From assembly GCA_965213705.1 (NCBI GenBank), contig OZ243913.1:2048001-2112000 (forward strand): a stretch of DNA of 64,000 nt. The letters run 5' to 3'. Made by a program: the position numbers and the translations under genes. Positions 58,195-64,000 of the stretch are shown here, piece after piece (within the stretch, counting starts at the first letter, position 1; each line of letters starts with the position of its first letter). The notes below the pieces were generated by a model. The model saw only the letters and a program-made list of their open reading frames with translations. It had not been told where the DNA came from and did not search any database. Source of the DNA: Trueperaceae bacterium (lineage in GTDB: Bacteria > Deinococcota > Deinococci > Deinococcales > Trueperaceae).

Positions 58195-59586
58195 TTAGCG
58201 GTCGCGCCGGCTCAGCTCGAGCATGTCCGCCACCCTCACGACCTTGACCCGCGGGCGGCCCTGCGCCTCGCCGAGACCCAACTCGTGAGCGTCCAAGGTT
58301 TGCCAGTGGCCGAAGGTGATAGGGGTGACGCCTTTGCCGGCCAACAACTCGTCGACGGCCGCCGGCATCTTGTAAGGGTCGGTGGCGAGGACGGCGTCGC
58401 CTTGATACTCGAGCAGCGTCGCCACGGTCTCGAGCGCGTCGGCCTTGTTGGTGCCGATGACGCCCGACGGGCCGCGCTTGATCCAACCGGCAACGTACTC
58501 GCCCGCCACGGGCGCGCCGCCGGGAGCGTCCAAAACCTGGCCTTTGATGTTGGGAATCGTGCCGCGGCGCTCGTCGAAGGGCACGCCCGGCAGCTTTACT
58601 CCGCGGTAGCCGACCGAGCGCAGCACCATCTCGACCGGTAGCGTCTCGAACTCGCCCGTGCCGACGGCGTTGAGGTACCCCGAGGCGGTAGCTTCCAAGC
58701 GGTTGCGCTCGAGCCGAATCCCTTCGACTTTGGTGTCGCCCAAGATTTCGATGGGGGAGACGAGAAAGCGCAGGTGCACGCGCCGGGGTTTGCCCTGCAG
58801 GGGTTTTTGCGCGAAGTCGCGCAACACTTCCAAGTTCTTTTTCAGGGCCGGGTCGCCCTCAACGGAGGCCAAACTGGCCGCGTCGGGCTCGACTTCTTCA
58901 GGGTCGACGACGATGTCGGCGTTGGCAAGGTCGCCGAGTTCGCGCAGCTCTTTGGTCGTGAACTTGGCCTGCGCGGGGCCGCGTCGCCCGAGCATGTAGA
59001 TGTCGGTGACGGGGCTCGTCTGCAGGACCTCGAGCGCGTGGTCGGCGATGTCGGTCGCGCGCAGTTCCTCGGCAGACTTTGCCAAAATGCGCGTCACGTC
59101 CACCGCCACGTTGCCCATCCCGACTACGGCCACCCTTTCGGCGTGGACCCCGTCGAGGGCGTGTTCGAAGTCGGGGTGGCCGTTGTACCAGGCGACGAAC
59201 TCGGTCGCGGACAGGCTGCCCGGCAGGTCTTCGCCGGGGATGTCGAGCGAGCGGTCGCTGGACGCGCCCACGGTGTACACGACGGCGTCGTAGTAAGTCT
59301 TGACATCTTCGTGAGTAAGGTCGCGGCCGAATTCGACGTTGCCCAAAAAGCGCACGCGCTCGTCCTGCAGGGTGCGCTCGTACATCTTGGTCACCGACTT
59401 GATTTTTTGGTGGTCGGGCGCGACCCCGTAGCGCACCAGGCCGAAGGGGGCCGGCAGGCGGTCGACGAGGTCGACGGAGACGTCCTCGAGACTTTTTAGC
59501 AGCGCCTCGGCCACGTAAAACCCCGAAGGCCCGGAGCCGATGACGGCGACGCGAAAAGGGCGAAAGCTCATGGTTTGTTTTACCAC
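58195..59586 (-). CDS. Ferredoxin--NADP+ reductase (FprA/adrenodoxin reductase-like)
   Basis: IGSGPSG, GLVRYGVAPDH, GMGNVAVD, GRRGP, GWIKRGPSGVIG; alternative ATG at 59571. Confidence 0.92.
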   Translation of the reverse strand: MVKQTMSFRPFRVAVIGSGPSGFYVAEALLKSLEDVSVDLVDRLPAPFGLVRYGVAPDHQKIKSVTKMYERTLQDERVRFLGNVEFGRDLTHEDVKTYYDAVVYTVGASSDRSLDIPGEDLPGSLSATEFVAWYNGHPDFEHALDGVHAERVAVVGMGNVAVDVTRILAKSAEELRATDIADHALEVLQTSPVTDIYMLGRRGPAQAKFTTKELRELGDLANADIVVDPEEVEPDAASLASVEGDPALKKNLEVLRDFAQKPLQGKPRRVHLRFLVSPIEILGDTKVEGIRLERNRLEATASGYLNAVGTGEFETLPVEMVLRSVGYRGVKLPGVPFDERRGTIPNIKGQVLDAPGGAPVAGEYVAGWIKRGPSGVIGTNKADALETVATLLEYQGDAVLATDPYKMPAAVDELLAGKGVTPITFGHWQTLDAHELGLGEAQGRPRVKVVRVADMLELSRRDR

Positions 59587-59714
59587 GCTCCGGCTTTTGT
59601 CGTTGGGTCTGCTAGCCCTCTCTTATCAAGTCCAAAGATTTGCGGTGTGAGTCGTCTCTTCGGTTGCTCAGTTGGCTCATTTGCAAGAAGTTTGATGGAA
59701 ACCTGCTGATAAGG

Positions 59715-60734
59715 TCAGTCGGGTTGCGACAGGTGTTCCATAATCCGCCGCCTCACGATTTGCGGGCTGCCCATACGGCGGCGCAACTCCGTCTCGAGCG
59801 CCCGCGTCGGCAACAGTTGCTGCGGCGCGCGCGGGTCTTGGTGCTGCAAGCTGGCGAAACGGGGCAGGACGAGGGCTAACCAGTCGGCGAGGGCGCGCAC
59901 CTCTTGCAAGCGGTCTTCCGGACGCGTGGAGGCGTAAGCTTGCAACCGCACGACGCCCGCCAAGCTGTAAAGCCAGGGCCGTGGGTCGCGCAGCCGCAAA
60001 AACCACTCGAAATACTGCTGACTCTTGTCGTTGCCCGTGACCAGGTAAAGGGGCGAGCGCTGTTTTTCTTCCAGACCCCTCACCACGGCCAACTGTTCCT
60101 CGGTAATCTTGACCTGGTGAATCGTCTTGACGTAGCCCACCATGTTTCTGACGAAGCCGGAGCGCGGCAACGGGCCGTCGGTGACGACGAGTGCGCCCGG
60201 GTGCGCGTCTATCAAGCGGGCGGCAAGCCGTCTTTCGGTCTCGAGCATGGCGAACTGGATGCGCCGCACCACGGCGTCGGCGTCGCGTTCGTCGGTCGAT
60301 TCGACCACGTACTCGAGCGCGCCCAACCGTCGGCGCAGCCGCGACACCAGCGAAAACGTCGGCAGCGTGTGTCCGCTGCCGACGGCGCAGAGCCGGGTCA
60401 CGCCCTGAAAGCTCAGGTCGCTCAGGTTCAAGAAACCGGCCGCCCGAGAGCCTTTCGAACAGCAGTCCACCACGCCGACGCCAAAGCTGCCCAGCGCGCC
60501 GAAGGCAACTTGTTTGCGGTCGTCCTCGAGCAGCACCCGCGCCTCCAGACGCCGCGTGCCGTCGGTAAAAAGAAGTTGCGCGAAGGGCACGTCTCGGGAG
60601 GGCTGTGGGGTGACGGCTCGCCACTCGCGGTATTCGGGCGTGGCGTCCACGTTTTGACGCTCGTCTTCCAACACTTCTTCGGCGTGGTAGGCGGTGTCGT
60701 ACTCGGTGGCCCAGGGGTCGAGTCTCAGTTTCAT
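59715..60734 (-). CDS. NurA-like nuclease
   Basis: F.DG.RR, DGPL, GYVKT, DPRAPQQL.P..ALE..LRRRMG; TATACT -10 before ATG. Confidence 0.7.
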   Translation of the reverse strand: MKLRLDPWATEYDTAYHAEEVLEDERQNVDATPEYREWRAVTPQPSRDVPFAQLLFTDGTRRLEARVLLEDDRKQVAFGALGSFGVGVVDCCSKGSRAAGFLNLSDLSFQGVTRLCAVGSGHTLPTFSLVSRLRRRLGALEYVVESTDERDADAVVRRIQFAMLETERRLAARLIDAHPGALVVTDGPLPRSGFVRNMVGYVKTIHQVKITEEQLAVVRGLEEKQRSPLYLVTGNDKSQQYFEWFLRLRDPRPWLYSLAGVVRLQAYASTRPEDRLQEVRALADWLALVLPRFASLQHQDPRAPQQLLPTRALETELRRRMGSPQIVRRRIMEHLSQPD

Positions 60735-60885
60735 GTTTGGGCAGTATACCAACCCAAAAACTAAATATTAAAGTCGGATGTCTTCAGGTTTGAGAAAGTA
60801 GCTCCAAATCACCTTCCCTCGCGATTCACACAAATAAGTTAAACTCGTAGTGGAAGAAATTACTTCAGGTTGAGGGAGTCGAACC

Positions 60886-62013
60886 GTGAACATGTTGACA
60901 AAAACTTGGACCTTACTCACGCTTACCCTGCTTGCATTTACGCTGACGGCCTGCAGTTCCGGGGGCGGCGGACCCGTCCAAGGCAACCCGCCCAAAGTTG
61001 CCACCTTTGCCGCCACGCCCAACCCGGCCACGGCGGGCGAAGCGGTTACTTTCACCTGGACGGTCTCGGGCGACCTGGACAGCTGCCAACTCGATACCGA
61101 CGACGGCAAAGTGTTCGACCTCGACGCCAATACCTGTAGAACAACGACCATCCAGGCTTACACCTACGCCACAGCCGGCACCTACAGCGCTTCTTTTCTA
61201 GCCGAAGGTGCTACCGAAGCCAGCCGTAAGGTTGATGTCGTCGTGCAACCGAAGTCCGGCGGCAACCCGCCCCCGGCCAACGGCCAAGACCTCGTCGCCC
61301 TTATCAACTATCCTCAACCGGCCCTGTCTTTTTTCACCTACAGCGCGCCCGACCCGGACAACGAACTTCCGGCGACCAAAGTGCCCATCACCAACACGGG
61401 CGGCGACGTAGAGATTGCCGATGTCGGCCCGGACGGAAACCTTTACGGGTTGACGGAAGAGGGTGACGACATCGTCATTTACACCCTCAATCCCGACACC
61501 GGCCGAGCTACGCGCGGTGCGGTCGTGAAGTCACCGGTGTTCAGCCTGATCAGGTCGGCGGGCGACATCAGCCCGGACGGCTTTTTCTGGCTGTTTTCTC
61601 CCGGGCGGCGTGACATCTATTTGAAAGTCAACCTGCAAACGGGCGAAGCTACCGAGGTTCCGCGGCCCAGCTTTGCCAGTGACGACGTTTACGCTTCTCG
61701 GGGGCAGGCCGTAGTGTCCAGCTTCGCGTTTCAGGCAGACGGTTCGGCCCTTTACATCGACGACTCCGGCTCGAGCCGCTTGCCTGTTCTGGCCGTCGAG
61801 CGCCCGGCAGGTAGCGGCACGCTGAGAACCATTGGGTTGCTCAATACCGACGTTTCTTTCGACGCTTTCGAGGTTGTAAACGGCAAAGGCTACGCCGCCA
61901 ATGCTTTTGACATCTATACTGTCGATATAGACCCCAACTCTCCCACGGCGGGGACCGCCACCTTAGTCGCTGACTTTCCCGACCAAATTGCTTCCCTGAC
62001 GACGTTGAAGTAG
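60886..62013 (+). CDS. Lipoprotein with PKD-like domain and probable beta-propeller
   Basis: LTAC lipobox; YTYATAGTYSA; repeated PDG.LY / IYT.(N/D).(D).TG.AT blades. Confidence 0.7.
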   Translation: MNMLTKTWTLLTLTLLAFTLTACSSGGGGPVQGNPPKVATFAATPNPATAGEAVTFTWTVSGDLDSCQLDTDDGKVFDLDANTCRTTTIQAYTYATAGTYSASFLAEGATEASRKVDVVVQPKSGGNPPPANGQDLVALINYPQPALSFFTYSAPDPDNELPATKVPITNTGGDVEIADVGPDGNLYGLTEEGDDIVIYTLNPDTGRATRGAVVKSPVFSLIRSAGDISPDGFFWLFSPGRRDIYLKVNLQTGEATEVPRPSFASDDVYASRGQAVVSSFAFQADGSALYIDDSGSSRLPVLAVERPAGSGTLRTIGLLNTDVSFDAFEVVNGKGYAANAFDIYTVDIDPNSPTAGTATLVADFPDQIASLTTLK

Positions 62014-62065
62014 GAACACTGTTGAAATAAGGGCAACGCTGCAGTAAGGCTAAACCCATAAAATT

Positions 62066-62095
62066 GACATCGTGCGGTTGCAGCCGCACGATGTC
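62066..62095. terminator. Hairpin between convergent genes
   Basis: GACATCGTGCGG-TTGCAG-CCGCACGATGTC. Confidence 0.55.
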
Positions 62096-62195
62096 TAGGT
62101 TTGTCGCCACCGAACCTCAAGCCGCACAGCAAAACCTGCGCTGAATCACGTGCACCTCCGACCCGCTTCAGTCCAAGCGGTCACGAACAACCGTC

Positions 62196-64000
62196 TCACT
62201 TTCCCTTCGGCAGCAACTTCAGCGCTCCCACCGCCCCGCTCTCTATTTCAGTTCGGTTTGTGGTCATCGGCAGGTACTCGACGTCGCGCCACTTTGCTAA
62301 GAAGTCCTGGTAGTGCCGCGACAGCGGGTTGCCGGACTGGCCGGTCGAGTGAACATAGAGCGACTTGTCGAGGTCGCTCAGGTCGTAAACTGCCCGGTAG
62401 CCGGGGCCGTGGTTGTCGCGGAAGGGCGCGCTGGAGCCGAGGCTGAAACTGCCCACGTTGACGGAATTGGCGCTGCCGCCGACCTCTATGCTCAGGTCGA
62501 ACAGGGGTGCGAGCGGCGTGTTGGTCATGACGGCGTGGTCCATATGGGCGACGTGCGCCGCGCCCCAGCGCCACTCTTCGGGGTTGCCGTAGGTTTCGGT
62601 GAGGTAGGCGAGCCCGTCGGAAAGTGCCTGTGCTGCTAAGTCTTCACAGCTTTCCCGGTCCGGCGTGCGGGTGTCGTCGCACCAGTCCGTTTTTGGACTG
62701 CCCGCAATTGCCGAAAGCATAAATTGCGAGCGCACCCCGTAGTAGTCGCTGAACTGTTCACCCAAATCGTCTGAAAGCACCAGGCGCACCAGCGCCCGGT
62801 ACCAGGCCCAGAACAGTAGCGGCTCGGCCCTGTCCGCGCGCATCGTCCCGTCCCAGTCGCGGAGTTTGGCGAGGGCGGCGCGGCCCGTTTCCGTGGTGGG
62901 TTCAATTGAGAGCAGCAGCGGCAAAAAGTCCAAGCTCATCGCGTCCAGCTGGTCGGCTTGAATTTGGGTGAAGCTCGAGACGGTGTGCTTTTGCGTCTGC
63001 GCCAACAGTTCACCGATGCGCTCCGCCCGGTAAGGCGGTGCCCAATCCGTGGTCAGAAAGTAAGGGTAGGCTTCGGGCACGACCCGGTTGTTTGCGGTGA
63101 CGACCAGGTCGTTTGGCGGGTTGTAGGCGTGGGGCAGGTCTTCGAAAGGAATGTACCCCATCCAGTCGTACTCACCCGTCCAACCCGGCACGGGCGCGAG
63201 CCCGTCGCCCGCGGCTCGTACCGGCACCTTGGCGGGCGCGTAGTAGCCGATGTCGCCGCTCGTGTCGGCGTAGACGATGTTTTGCTGCGGCACCTTGAAG
63301 TTTTTCAGGGCCGCCACGAACTCGTCCCAGTCTTGGGCCTTGTTCAGCTCGAGGCCGGCCTGTAGCGTCAAGTCTTCGTCCTGCAGCGCCGTCCAACTTA
63401 GTGCCAAAACGTAGGTATCGTTTGTGTCATCGCCTATTTCCTCGACCGCGCTCGCCGACGCCGCGTTGACGTCGGAGATGACGGGACCGTGGCGCGTTTC
63501 GCGCACGTTCAACACGACGTCGTCCGCGTCTTTGACCTTGACAGTTTCCTGGCGTTCTGTAAAATCCTGGTAACCGTCCGGCGTCAGGTACTGCGCCGGG
63601 TTTTCGGGGTTGACCTGTTCGATGAACGTGTCTTGCACGTCCGGCCCGGTGTTGGTAAAACCCCAGGCGACGCGCTCGTTACGGCCCAGCAGCACCGAGG
63701 GCGTACCCGGCAGCGTCGCCCCGATGACCTCCAACCCCGGCGCGCTGAGGTGCGCGAAGTACCACAAGGACGGCGCTTGCAAGCCCAAGTGCGGGTCGTT
63801 GGCGAGGAGTGGCGAACCGCTCTCGGTACGAGCGCCGCCCACGACCCAGTTGTTCGAGCCCGCCCCGGCAACCAGTCCGTCGAGCGAACCCGCCCACACA
63901 CCCGCAAAGTCCAGCTCGCGGTAGAGTGCCGTAAAGTCCGGCAACGCGACGGGGGCGTCCTCGGGATAGGGCGGCCACAGTTCGGCGATTTGCTCGGAAC
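62196..64000 (-). CDS. Penicillin acylase family protein (5' end outside the window)
   Basis: GSNNWVV, ANDPHL, PQQN.VYAD, TANNR, GQSGNPLS.HY. Confidence 0.93.
   Translation of the reverse strand, partial: SEQIAELWPPYPEDAPVALPDFTALYRELDFAGVWAGSLDGLVAGAGSNNWVVGGARTESGSPLLANDPHLGLQAPSLWYFAHLSAPGLEVIGATLPGTPSVLLGRNERVAWGFTNTGPDVQDTFIEQVNPENPAQYLTPDGYQDFTERQETVKVKDADDVVLNVRETRHGPVISDVNAASASAVEEIGDDTNDTYVLALSWTALQDEDLTLQAGLELNKAQDWDEFVAALKNFKVPQQNIVYADTSGDIGYYAPAKVPVRAAGDGLAPVPGWTGEYDWMGYIPFEDLPHAYNPPNDLVVTANNRVVPEAYPYFLTTDWAPPYRAERIGELLAQTQKHTVSSFTQIQADQLDAMSLDFLPLLLSIEPTTETGRAALAKLRDWDGTMRADRAEPLLFWAWYRALVRLVLSDDLGEQFSDYYGVRSQFMLSAIAGSPKTDWCDDTRTPDRESCEDLAAQALSDGLAYLTETYGNPEEWRWGAAHVAHMDHAVMTNTPLAPLFDLSIEVGGSANSVNVGSFSLGSSAPFRDNHGPGYRAVYDLSDLDKSLYVHSTGQSGNPLSRHYQDFLAKWRDVEYLPMTTNRTEIESGAVGALKLLPKGK

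Overview
GC-rich bacterial chromosomal segment, most likely Deinococcota (Truepera/Deinococcus-like). This assignment is inferred from gene content, many TAnnnT -10 boxes directly before start codons, and a Deinococcus-style small repeat. About 60 genes are present: housekeeping (dgt, hisN, uppS-like, iscS/Rrf2, rho, ileS, pgeF, trmB, mpg, moeA, hemW), two toxin-antitoxin pairs, two sugar ABC systems and a putative rare-sugar catabolic cluster. No rRNA, tRNA, CRISPR array, transposase or integrase was seen. Main discovery: a two-gene operon at 14524-16151 with a divergent regulator. Its first protein carries both copper-ligand motifs of particulate methane/ammonia monooxygenase subunit C (D-x3-H-x12-H and D-x3-H-x13-H) fused to a PmoA-like half. 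The second gene encodes a small PmoB/YtkA-like exported protein, so the pair looks like a minimal CuMMO-like system in C-A-B order. Other highlights: an Ile (ATC) T-box whose first regulated gene is a secreted alpha/beta hydrolase, upstream of an IleRS2 with the non-canonical GVHH motif and an AT-rich mosaic C-terminus; a c-di-GMP-II riboswitch before a secreted glycosidase-like lipoprotein; and window-wide CTCGAG excess with GATC avoidance. All homology calls come from motif recognition by eye; no database search was run.
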